Assembly (NCBI RefSeq): GCF_023055435.1
Contig: NW_025963857.1
Location: 30,814,001-30,878,000, forward strand
DNA: 64,000 nt
Direction: 5' to 3'
Source: Haliotis rufescens
Lineage: Eukaryota
Made by a program: the position numbers and the translations under genes. The notes under the pieces are model-generated. The model was not told the origin of the DNA. It searched no databases and saw nothing but the letters and a program-made list of their open reading frames with translations. The stretch's first letter is position 1. Each line of letters begins with the position of its first letter. Shown here in pieces: positions 47,593 to 61,200 of this stretch.

Positions 47593-48991
47593 GTACAGCC
47601 CCACTTGCTGAACATTTCCCTTTTTCATCATATTTAACATTTATACACTGTACGTTCCTAACAGATTATCGGGTTATTAGACAAACGTCTCACGCCAGTA
47701 TAACTAATTCAGAGTATATAACCGCTGTCTTCCTATCGAAACTGGAACATGGAGAAATATCGATAGATGAAATGGTATTGTCATAGTTCTATTACCTGCT
47801 TGAACGCCCTTTTACCAGACAGTTATTGGAAACAATGTACACAAATTATTACTTGGTTGACACAACCACCACAAATCTGACAAACATTTCACTGTAAATT
47901 AGGTAACTGTTGGGAGTAAATCTGTAACTATCATCAAACTGTCCACACTGGACTACACAATGACGCTAACTGGAGGATAGGAGGGTATTCCGGTCAAAAC
48001 ATGCCTCCTGACACATGTTGAATCTTGTTAATGTGTGAGAACGACGGTTTATAATGTAGCAGGAGATAAGTACCCATTATTCAAAGATACCCCAACACAC
48101 TTATCAGATTCTTGATATACAATGGCTACGAATCACCTCCGAGGTCAGAGACTAAATTTGACTCGTCGACCCCCCTAGCACATGGCCCTCATGTGATGTA
48201 AACATCGTAGCTTGCAGTCGACAGCCACTAGCCGCAGGAAACTTGTAATCTTGTCGTTGTATGTATTACCAACAGCGATAGATCACTAATGTTGTTTAAG
48301 TAAATTCAATGACGGTTTGCAGTCAAAGCTAGCTATCATCACTTAGTTTTGGTACCCTGATGCTTTTGTTTGCAGTCACTGTGTTGAAATTTTCAAAACG
48401 TTGTTGAATACAAGTATCTTTTGAATACATTTATTGTGCATCCGCGAGTGTGTTAAGATGGAAGCCTGTTCACTGTATGGGGACAAGTTTCCCCATTTCC
48501 TACATTCACAGCCGAGTCTTCTTTGCGGTTACGAAAAGGAGTGAGGTGTGCCGATTGCTGTACGGATATCGTGACGTCATAATGGTTGATGTGAAATATT
48601 GGATATTGAAAGAGACAATCACACAAAGTTCAGTCATCAGGTAATTTCCGTTGACAAATACGGCGTCATTATCCCAGGTGTGTAACTGATAGTATAAATG
48701 AACGCTCATCTAATATTCGGGGCATATATCAAAGCGTTATCACTACCATGTATCTCGTTATTATCTTCAACGATGGGGTCAGCAGGGCTGTACACTCACA
48801 ACAGCGTTGCAGTCACCTGATTAACAGTCATATAAAATGTGTTGGTATATAACAGCAGTGACCATAACAGCCACTGAACGTCCGATGCACACAGAGTGTA
48901 CAACACATTGGGCGTTATCAACCTGCAGCTCCGACTCTATATTCACAAGGATATATAAAGTGTGACAGGTCTGTTTCTCTAGGACTGAGCG

Positions 48992-49244
48992 ATGCCGATA
49001 TTCCAGACATGCGCAGTGCTCCTAGACGGCAAGAAGGAAGTGTACCGGAAGGGAGAGACGGTGACGGGGTCTTTAGTGCTGGACGTCACAGAGAATGTCA
49101 TAGTGAAGGGGGTCAGAGTTTACCTGTATGGGGAGACGCTCGTCAAGTGGGACGAGTTCTCTCCAGGCAGCCTTGGAGGAACCAAGGATTTTATCGCCAA
49201 GGAAAAATATTTCGGACTTGTGTTTACAGTATTTGGGAAGAAAC
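48992..49244 (+). CDS. Copy 2 exon 1 (Arrestin_N)
   Basis: Two amino-acid differences from copy 1; donor gtaagt. Confidence 0.93.
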
Positions 49245-52200
49245 GTAAGTTTAAGAAATTTCGAGTGGAATAAAATATAAATTTTGAGAAGCCTATTTTT
49301 CTTTCCATCGAATCTCTTAACTAACTTAGAAAATAAAACAATTTGAACAAATTTAATCAAAACAGGAAGAGAAGTGACCTTTTACCTTAACTTTGATTCT
49401 GTGTTCATTGCTACTACTGTCTTAACATACATGCTAATGTTTCGTCTTTGCATATGTGTTTTCGTGTGTTGACGTCCTTCCTTGTCCTTGTGAAGGTCTT
49501 TCATAAAAGGGGAATAAAATTAAAGACTGTTCATCGAGTCTGTCAACAACTTTCATTCATGAAACACTCTTAAATAACGGCAATCAATTCGTGAAGGGAA
49601 GTGACCTTTTACCTTGACTTTACGTCTGTGTTTGTTAATACAATTGTCTAAGCATATGTGTTTATGTTTGTCTTTGGATATGTGGTTATGTAAGAAGAAT
49701 TCCCTTAGGGGCAATACAATCTTACCTGATCTTATCTTAAATTACGTCAGGGTTTGGTAATATATGTTGGTTTTGGGAATTCCAACCTGGCCGTTCACAA
49801 AAACAGAATACAATCAACATTTTCTTTCTTTTACCTTAATTTCAGAAGGTCAAGATTGGAAGGAAAGTGACTATGTTCAGAAAGTAGATATTAGAAGTGA
49901 ATTTGAAAAACCCCATATGATTTACAATGTTATGTTCACGTCATGTTTCCAAATATAACTAATTTAGTAAAAGCATTATTGATTTTTATTGGACATATCC
50001 GGATTTTGATTTTAATTCTTTTAAGCATTTGTAATCGTATAGAATTTGAATTTAGTTATTGGTTTTGGTTACGTGTTATTATGTAAGGGTTGTCTTTTAA
50101 TAATCAGAATAAAACGGTACTAAAAGGCAATAAAAAAGGCCTTTGTACGATTCTGACTATATCTCAGTGAGTGAGTATGGTTTTACGCTGCTTTTAGCAA
50201 TATTCCAGCAATATCACGGCGGTAACTATATCTCAAGCACAGGATGTTCTGTGTCCAATCTGTGATACGCCATTCGCATGTACTCCCAGCCTTGATACAA
50301 GTGATAACAAGTGATATTTGAATCAATATTGAGATAGCTTCCCTTGAAACATAATCTCTGGTATAAAGTAGGTCAACACGGATTGTACGTGAAGGTGTAT
50401 GTAAATTTATGACTTTGAACCAAGAGTCTGTAACAGGATAGTTTAACATGAACATTCCGGGTGCGTCAATACACAATACGATTTGCTTAATGTTGAACTG
50501 TAATCGCCTACGCCCTTGAACAACCCACAAATAAGAGAACGGATGAGATGATAGTGAAGGTTTAATGACGATAAATGTCTGTAAAATTACTGCATCTCTG
50601 GCGTTCACTCTCCTCCCGAGAACATCACACAGACGTGCTATTGGGGACATGTCAGGAAACGAAGGGTGCCAGTCCAATGTCCGTATGCCTTCTCGTCGCA
50701 GGATATCGGTGACGACCTGGGCACGATGTGGAATAGATACAGATCATGGTCAAAATGTTTTGGCCTGGCATACCGCGCGGCGCTAACGCAGTTTCCTGCC
50801 TTCTGAGAATTGGAAACAAAACATTGATTCGTCTGTAAATATGGTATTTAAAGGTGTTAGTGTTACACCCTTAGCAGGACGCCTTGCTTTCTGGTGGGAA
50901 GCACGGTGCCGGTTTTTAACGGTAGATGTTTAAATTCCCCTTCGTGTTATTGTGCCGAATTCTCTATTGATAACAGGTGCAGATTTGAATATATTATGAA
51001 GTTGAATTGATGTAATGAGACGGTATTTTCTAGGTGTCGTTTTGAGGCCTGCCATGCCCATGCCTCATTACAACCGTCTAACCATACTTGTCCAACAGTT
51101 GGGGAATTACACTTTTTGATTTGCCAAACATTCAGGCAACTTGGGATTTTGACGTCCACCCCCGACCCCGCTACAGGCGCTCGCTTTTTGACTTCTGTGT
51201 GCACGTGATTCACATGCTGTTCATGTTTGAAGTGAAATTTCATTCTGATATGATGATGTTGAGATGCAACGCCACGGTATTGTAAATATGCATCTCAATG
51301 ATAGCTACATTCAGACTATAAGAACCTTTTTTTGTAGGTAGTATGGGCTATCGTCTATGTACGTTTTTGCTTGGGATAATATCAAAGGATGGTATTTATT
51401 GTTCAAAATATTCTTCACGGAAGCCTAGAAATTTTGCATACACAGACAAACACTCACAGACACAGACACATAAGCACGCACACAAACACGCAAACAAGCG
51501 AGCACACAAGCAGACACACACAGACACACAAAGAAATCAGAATATCACATCTTCACCCTTGAACCTTTCTCGGTAGTTTGATAAGGTTACAATAATAATC
51601 AGATCTGATAAAATGCACAGCTGGTTTTTGATTTTTATCATAAACTGATCGTGTTGCACATTTTCATTTTGGCATACTAGAGGTCAAGGTATGCTGCTGG
51701 TGCAGAATCGCTCACCATTGTCCAATACTTGTCATGAGAGCCAATCTAAGTAGAATGGATGATTATTGAGCCCCGACACCCTTGCTCGTTTCTCACACAA
51801 TCAACCATTGGTTCTCCTTGTCCTGACTCGATTACTACAGGCCGCTGTGATTTCGCTGTGATATTGCTGACTGCGGCATTAAACAACTCTCACTTCTCAT
51901 TGTTTGTATCTGTGCATATTAACAACTAAATAATGTCACCTCTGTCTCCCAGAAAACGCCGATGGACCAAACCACACCCTTACAGCGGGACGACACAATT
52001 ACAGGTACAAGTTCAACCTCCCAAAGGAAGGCCTACCATCATCCTTCGAGGGTGAGCATGGCGCCATCAGATTCTGGCTTAAGGTTGAGGTGGACAGGCC
52101 GTTTCCCAACTTCAACCAGTGCTGGTACCGTGGCATCACCATGCTGGACGACATCAACGTCAACGACTCTCAGTATAAGGTACGAGAGTATAGCAATGGC

Positions 52201-55200
52201 CAACAGGGTATAACTTACCTTTTTAAAGTTAAAGATGCACGAGGCACTGTTCGTACCGTTCGTAACAAATAGCACACTATTGACGACCTTCATACAATGC
52301 TCTTCTGTATAATAAGTATTCTACTACTACTACGACTATGACTACCACTACTACTTCTACTACGTTTACGACTACAATTACCACTTCTACTACTTCTACT
52401 GCTACTGCTACTGCTATTACTACTGATCTACTTAGTGTCTAAATTACATGAAGGTGCTCGACACTGCTGAAAAAAAAATCAACATATACACAAAAGGGAT
52501 GATGAAAATAGAATCGAGAAAGCCATATTCATATGTAATCTCAGGGTCGATTGTACAGTTCCAAATAAATCATGAGCATGTGTCTATAAATAATTATTAA
52601 AATGTGATGATACCAGGTGTTCATAAAAACGAAGGCGTATTGCACCCGTCACATTTGTCTCTGATGATTCAGTTTGAGAAATGTCTTCCGCATGTACATG
52701 TCTACCATAACACCTTTAGAAAAGTGTACTGTATAGAGTTGCGACCCTTCGAATGCTGTTTCACGCCGAATATGTTTACTGGTTTGTCAGCTCCATACCT
52801 GTGCTCGTGAGTTTCATCAAAGTGGTAAACGTCTGAGACGTCTGCTTTCCTCCCACATTAAAATGAAATGCTGTGATATAACTTGAATACTGTTCAAAAC
52901 GGTGTTTAACCCAACTCACTCACTCACTCATTTTGACACATTGTCCTCAACCTCCGAAGATAGAGATGTAACTATATCCGTGTCACCACGATTAGTAACA
53001 CATGTTCCACGGATCAAGGAATATAGTTTTCCCTTTAGTTGAAAATGAAATGTTTTGACAGAATTGATCCTTTTGGTTTTTGAGACTCAACAAAGAACTA
53101 ATTTCACTTTTCTCAAATATTGTTTGTGATTAAATCAAAGATATCATTTGGTCACCATCCTTTGTGACCATGGCTGCATCTACGTCGGGTGCCGGAAACA
53201 GACTTAATACATTTACGTCAGCTTCTTGGTTAGAAGGACCACCAACGTCTTTTATTTTCCATATGGCATTACTGTATCCAAGGATTTTCTCTGTACATCC
53301 TATAAGGATGCATTTAATGCTATTAGATGGATGGTATATTTCCATGCAAAGGATAGAGTGATTTTCAGAATTGAAATGTTGGTAGACAATATTGGAAACA
53401 TTTCTGTTGATGCCCGATCACTGCTGGCTGACTCATGTCGATAATTGTTATCTCTCGAACAAAGTGTACATTCAGTGCCAAAGGTGACTTTATAGTTTTG
53501 CCGTTACAGGTCTTCAAAAGGTTTCATGCAGTGAGTTTTAGCTGTAAAGCTAGATTTAAATTCAGGATCACTTATCAAAATAGGACAAGTTTTGCGATTT
53601 GTTTGTGCCACATGGAGATGTGTTCGAAAGAAATATGTCATCCAACTTCACTGATTCTATTGTAAATGAATCTCAGTTTTTGAAATAGAAATTGCCTTCA
53701 TGTTGAATAGGCAATTCGCGATTTCCTGAAGGACCACCATTCTATATCATAATAAATATAGTTATGTGTGAGAAGTTGTAGCTTGAAGTCAATTCTGTAC
53801 TGGGAGCCAATGAAGGGAGTTTACAAAAGGAGGGATATGTTCAGTCCAATGAGTTCTGGAGATCCTTGTTCCGGTTTATTACAGTCTGACAGTTGCAGTT
53901 CCTCTCGCCTCTTGCCTTGATTAACAAGTCATGTGAACTTTGTTTGCTGCCACTCTCCGTTGATGGGCTACTGACTTTGTAGAAGTGTCAAGTTATGTGC
54001 ATAAATTAAACAATCACCTGATTCATGTCACGTCATAGTATGTATTCCTAGACCTGTAACGTTTATCAATCTCGCCATTTTTGTCTGCTTTGATTTATGT
54101 TATTATTTTTGATTAAGCTGTTGATGCTAACACATATGTTTGTTGTCGAATTTGATTATAAGTATTGACTGTGTATTTTGTTTTGGTTCATTTAGGAGGA
54201 ATCGAAAAAGCGATGTGTAAACTTGTAGCGGATTCACACAGTGTGTACGTAGGTGTTTAATATCTCAATTAACCCTAAAAAATATGCAGTCAATACTTCA
54301 TTGCATTTTATAGGTGATGACAAAAACCCACATTTGCTCCCCAAAGCCGATACTGTGAAACCCATTCTCGGGTCCAATAACACTAAGTGTGTTGTAAATT
54401 TGTTGATCCTTTAGTGGGAGCGCATTTTGACTTTCCACAGGGAACTAATAAGTATGTTTATATATGGCAGGCACCGGTACGACGTCAGGCAAAGAAGCAG
54501 ATTTCTAAGGCTCTTGGTTTGGGAGATGCTGGTTCTCTGACCTTGACCGCTGCAACTGACAGGGGTGCTTACTGTGCAGGAGAAAAAGTCGCACTGAAAG
54601 GTATACTTTAGATCAAACTCTTGGTAACATGTCCAGTATGATCTAACTATGCTGATATTTTTGTGTTGTGTTTCAAGCCTTGAGTATAGAATCAATCCCC
54701 TGTTTCAGTTGTGGTGAAGAACGAGTCAACGAAGGACATGGGGAAACTGAAGGCTCAACTGGAGCAGAAAGTTGTCTTCACGGCCAACAACGAGACGAAG
54801 ACACGTTACAGCGTTATTAGGATCCTGGAAGGATCTCCTGTCGTTAAGGTTGGTCAACATAATGCCACATATCTCCTTCTTTCAGACTTAGCTGTCACTT
54901 CACACATGGAAATTTAGAAATAACGTCCATTTATATTCCATTGTTTACAGGCCTGCGTCATGCCGAAAGGCTATTACTGGGTGCGGCGTTACACTACAAA
55001 CACTTTTGTTTTTAATGACAGTTGTGTGAGTGGCGGGTGTTACCAGTGGAATAAGACATAGGAACAACTGGTGTTCCAGTAATCCATTCTTTCAACTTTC
55101 TGAGTATTTTGCCGTTTATGCCCTTTGGAATCAGTTTCAGCAGATAATCGATATTCTCTGTTTTTGACGTGATGATTTCCAAGCATAGGTATATATCTTT

Positions 55201-58200
55201 TCTTCCAGTACATTTGAGAGGTAATTGGTCCTTAACAAAATCAAAGAGTTAACACGTTCTCCTACTGTCCAGGGAGACGAACGGGCTTGGAACAACCAAC
55301 TACTGGAGATAGACGCCATTCCTCCGTCGACCAAGACCAGGTCCTGTCACATCATTGCCGTCAGCTACTGCATCAAGGTAAATCAGAAAAACTTTCATCA
55401 ATCTGTCTTATTTCATCACAAATTGTCTGTGCCATTCTTAAATCTTTAAAAATGTAAACATTTTGTTGGGTAGAAAAGAGACCATAAATTTGGTTAGATG
55501 ATTTATGACCGATCTCTGTTCTCGCCTAAAGGTCTCGGTGGTATATTTTATTATGAAATACATTGTCTCACACACAGAAACATAGGTTAAGTGTAATTAC
55601 AAATGTCTAAGGACATTACCAAATGCATCAACTTTAACTCCACAAAGATTGATTTTGCTGCATTAGAGCATGGATCGGCCTGTGTGGGATTCGAATCCCA
55701 GAATTGCTGCAGTGAATACTCCTAGCTTACCAGAAACATGCAGGTACTGTATGTTTTCACCAAAGAGGTTAATTTCTTTGACTTCTGTCACTTTTGTCTT
55801 TCCGCCCATATGACGCCGATCAGCTGTGAAAGAACGTTCCAAACAAGTTTACTCATTCACTTTGTCCAAATAACAGGTAAAGAAAATGTTGTTATTCCAT
55901 CAGGTACTGGTTGAGGTGCCTCTAGGATTTAACCTTGAGACCATCATGCCCATCACTATCGGCACCATCCCGTACGGCCACGCCCCTGATGCTGGGGCAC
56001 CGAGAGGGGGAGCTACTGTAGGCGCTGGCTCGGGTAGGTCTGACCCGGCTGATTAAGTGTGTGTCCAGAGTTGTGGTTGTAATTGAGCATTTAATTCTGG
56101 GACATGACATTTGGAACCACATAAGGATTGTTGATACAAAGAAGAAAAGCCATCAATAAGTTATTGGGTCATGACATCATCAAAACGTTGATAATTTATT
56201 AGAATGATAAAATATAATTAAGGCATATGCTTTCATGACAACTGAGCAGCTTGGTCAGCAGAAAACTGGGAGAGAAGTGATGAGTTGTTTTTTACGCCGC
56301 ATTAACAGTATTTCAGTTATATCACGGTGTGACAGCTTAATGTGAGAGGAAAGCCGGAGGTGATGCAGGTCTCAGACGTTTACCATTTTGGTTTAACCTG
56401 CATAGACGGGTATAGTGCTGACAAGGCAAGAAACATAATCAGGGCAAACAGGGATTCGAACCCAGAATCATAGTTTCTGGCATGCCCAAGGAACGCACGC
56501 CTTATTTGGTTATTTAGGGTAGTTATCTCAAGGGTAGTTATTTCGTATGGTATTGATCAAACTGTGATAAGGAACAAATACGTTAGTTATAAAGTACGTT
56601 GTTGCATATGTTTGGGTCTTAGAAATTTTCTTTATTAACCAAAAAAATGATTCATGCACCCTTGAAAGTCAAGAAACTATCCACGTTTCATATCCATTTA
56701 ATAACGTATTTCAATCAATCTGAGAACAGCACCCACTCCCGTTAATAAGAAATGAATAAGTGACGTTAGCAATTAACCAAAGCATTTATCCATGAAGTAT
56801 GCATATAACATGTATGCCACACCCCAATAACGTAAGTATGAAACTGCACAACGGCACATTTTTCACCAGCGTACAAACACAGATTCCAGAGAAATCATTA
56901 GCAGTGTTGGCAAATGGCCATCACAGGTAACTGATAAATGGTATCAGATTGCATATATTAACAAATCACCCTGCATCACAACTTGTCCAAAATAATTATG
57001 ACAACAATATTCCACCAAAAGAGATCATGCTGATAACTGGTCACAATGACATCGATTCTGAGAATAATTCCCATCAAATAAATTCTAATAAGCACAAGCA
57101 AATATCCAATGTAAGTTTAGGAAACATCCCATCTCACACAGCACCGACCCGTTTTGATGTTACTGAAACTCCTGTCTTGCATAGCAGCCCATTATTATGT
57201 TCAAATCGTCAGTGGACAGAATGAGCCATCTCAATTTATAGTTTCCAGTGGTATCAACTAACGTGCACCAACCGGTCTTTCCTCATCGTCAATAAATTTC
57301 AGAGATTGATGTCACCAGTGCCATAACCTACACTAAATGCAACGCCGGGTTCCATGTCTGTCGGAAGTCGGAGGGGAACTTTGTGAACTACAACTACATC
57401 CCCATGTGTGCCTACGTCGTTAACTACACTTTCCCCTCTCCCCCTAGCCCTGCCGGTGGTGCTGTAGGGACACGCCCTGCTGCTGCTACTGCTACTGCTA
57501 CTGCTGCTGCTACTGTTGCTGCAACACCACGCCCTGCTGCGGCTACTGCTGCAACACCACGCCCTGCTGCTGCCATCACAAAAGCACAACCCATGCCGGT
57601 ATCTCAAGGCTCTCCAACTCCTGCCCCAGCCCCTCCCCAAACCCCACCCCAGGCCCAGCTGCGAGCCCCACACCGAGACCCGCGCCAACCTACTGCTCCT
57701 CCCATGGAGCTACCACCGTCATATGATGATGTGCTGAAGATGGACAATCCGGCTACCACCACAGAAATTGCTATCACAGTAAGTGGACATGGGATCAGCA
57801 AAGTAACCTTCAACAGCTGCAGATCTGAAGAACTCGAAGCAGTATTTCTGTGTTCTGTGCCCTTTAGGGGCCATGTCTTAAGTGAAAACATGGTTCGTTT
57901 CGTTTATATGAATAAGGAACTCGCATCTGTTGAAATGAAATGATTATCCACAGTATAATTGGGTGTGTAGTCTTTTTTTTCGTTTCCTCCAGGAGGCACG
58001 GGTGGCCCAGCCGTCTAAGCCGCCTGAATTCGCTGTGCAGAGTTGCGTCCCTTGGACACGCCAGAAACCTATGATTGTGGGTTCGAATCCCGGTTCGCCC
58101 CAATTATGTTTCTAGGTTTGTCAGCACCATACCCGTGCTCGTGGGTTTCACCGAAGTGGTAAACGTCTGAGACCTGCATCACTTCGGGCTTTCCTCCCAC

Positions 58201-61200
58201 ATTAAGCTGACTCCCACATATAACTAGAATACTGTTAAAAGTGGCGTTAAACCCAACTCACTCACTCACTCACTCACTCACTCGTTTTCTCCAATATTTC
58301 TTTAACGTCATACATTTATGGAAACAGTTCAAACATTTTGTCTTTATTTTGTTTCTAGCCGGAGAAGGCAGACAAGCCGTATGGACTGCTTTTCCTTCGG
58401 TTCCCGGACACCCGTGTTCAGGAGTTCAGAGACACCATAGTGAGAGAACACCAGAGTCTTGCTGAATGTGAGGGAGAAATCATTGCATTTGCGCCACAGG
58501 TGATACAAAGTTTAGTTTCCATGATCCATAAGTCGAATAGAAATTCTATCCATCTTGTTATTATGTAATGCACAGCCGTGTCTCAGCTGTAATGTGCCTT
58601 GTTGATAGGGTCAGGATTTAGACCATGGAACAGCTGTAATGTGCCTTGTTGATAGGGTCAGGATTTAGACCATGGAACAGCTGTAATGTGCCTTGTTGAT
58701 AGGGTCAGGATTTAGACCATGGAACAGCTGTAATGTGCCTTGTTGATAGGGTCAGGATTTAGACCATGGAACAGCTGTAATGTGCCTTGTTGATAGGGTC
58801 AGGATTTAGACCATGGAACAGCTGTAATGTGCCTTGTTGATAGGGTCAGGATTTAGACCATGGAACATAACCAACTAAAAGGACAATGTAGATGCAGATC
58901 ATGTAATCATGTGTTATCAGACATCTTTGAATGATTGGTTTTACGCTGCTTTTAGTAAAGTTCCATCAATATCACGGGAATTGGTCCGGGGCCTTAAGTA
59001 CAACGAGCGAAGGTTAGAACCACTGGTCCTCTGTAACAGTATTTAACAAAACAACACCTGACTCACATATAGGTCTGATCGGAAATAGACATTGTGAATG
59101 ATATGTGAGGGTATACGGGCTACATTTGAAACACGATTTTGATTAAAATATGCTCACTACTTTGTTTTACGAAAATGTCCATAAAATTTTCGGTGGGCGT
59201 CCTGGATGTCCCAAAATATTGTTTGGTTCATCTTCTCAAGAATACGCAAATCCTCTGGCGCACGCTGGTGAGAGAAATGTCGACAACATGGTGTTTAATA
59301 GTGAAAAAGTCCCCGTTGGTCATATCGTTTCATGCAAATTGATAAACTATATTTGTTGTTTCTAACATTGATGATCGCAAAATCCTAAAATAGTGTATGC
59401 TTTAAGGTCCTACACGAACCTAACCAATGGCCAGCACGGACGTCTATCGCCATTTTGAAGTTCCTGTCTGCGGAAGTGGCAACTGATTGGTTTAACAAGA
59501 CGACAGGGGTCGCTGATCCAAAATGGCTGGAAAAATGTGACGCCATTGTTGGAACAATGAATGAACAGTTTAGAGAAGGTGTGGACTTAGGATAAATATT
59601 CGTTAGATGAAATTCATCTTAGCTCACCTGAAATTTGAAATGAATGATTGTTTAAGACAACAGGCAAGAATATCATGCTATATCACGGGGTTATAGAATA
59701 CTAAACGGGCGCCCGTGTAATACGTATTTTTATGAAACGAGTGAATAGTTCTGGTATCTTCACGAGTCTCATAACATTGGTATTATGCGGGGGCGAATTT
59801 AGTACATCATCTGTTACTTGCCGTTTATAACTATGTTTTAATTTCACTGTCGTGTGTGAATAGGCAGACATCCACAACATAATCATATTGAGTTTAACAG
59901 AATAATACTTCAAACACTTCAAACGTTGATGCTTGACACTATCATTTTAATACCACACAACGGCCCACCTTTAGAATTCAGGGGTCTGCTCCATTAAGCT
60001 ATCTTAGCGCTATGATTATCATAACTCCCATAATTTAACATAGACTTACGACTGTCGTTGCGCTACGATCGCCTTGTGGAACGGAGCCCTGCACAACAAA
60101 GTTTACGATAACGTCACAATACCCTATGACGTTATTTTGTTGCAAGACACACCGGCAAAACAATGCTTTGTGACATCAGCTTTGCAACAGGGTTGCAGGG
60201 GTCATCGAGTGTGCATGAACTCCGCTCAGAAATCTATCATCTTTACAGGCAATGTCGATGAATTTTGCAAGGGACGTTGAGAGTTTTCAATATTTGTTTG
60301 TGAAACTTGTTCCCACGGTACATAAGCACGTGCTTATTGTTATTAAACAGGTGATACCTTCATAGGCGAGAAATAAAACTGTTATGAACAAAAACCAACC
60401 AACCACAAAACTGTATGAAAAGACAGATAACTTCATCTTTCCAAAAGTCAACTTTCTCTTTGGGAGCAATATCCCGCCAGCTCCGTCCTTTCTATGAATA
60501 TTTCAAAGAGCATTATACGCCTCAGGCTTAAAGATTGTTTCATCAGGGTTACACCATTTAAGGCCTTGGAAAAGCTTTCAGAAAATTTAGTGTGTATTTG
60601 TAGGTGAACAATCGACTTGCCCATGCATGTGTTTGTGAAGGGTGCGAACGATGGCTCAGGATAGGTTCATCTTTTCGCGAACATCTGTTATCATATCATA
60701 GTGATTCAGATACACCTGATTGTGATATAGTCGGTGTGACTATAGTGTGTACACAGTTAGATCAAAGTGTTCATATATTCCATATATTAGTCCATATATC
60801 AATATATAAAAAGGCTGATAACAGCATCTGTTTTTGAGACGTCAACTTGATAATTTAACGAGAGAAAATGCGAAAATAAAGAAAACTGAAAAAAAGTTTT
60901 GATTGAGTATCAGTATAATAAAGGCATGTCGCCAAAGGAAATACACGAGTAACCCTTTCCATAAGCATAAGAAGTCTCGATTGTACGATTCTGACTTTTT
61001 CATGAGCATGTGTTTATGAATCACTATTGTTGATTGTTAACATGAAATATGTCAATACCATAATCTGGATTTTCCTTGTTGGCAGCCAACCATATCTTTT
61101 CAATGATAACATCCACATACAAGCAACCAGTCAAAAAAGCCAAGGTCAACAAGTACGTCAAACTGTACCCGAGGACACTGCGTCCTCTCAGGTGAGATTT

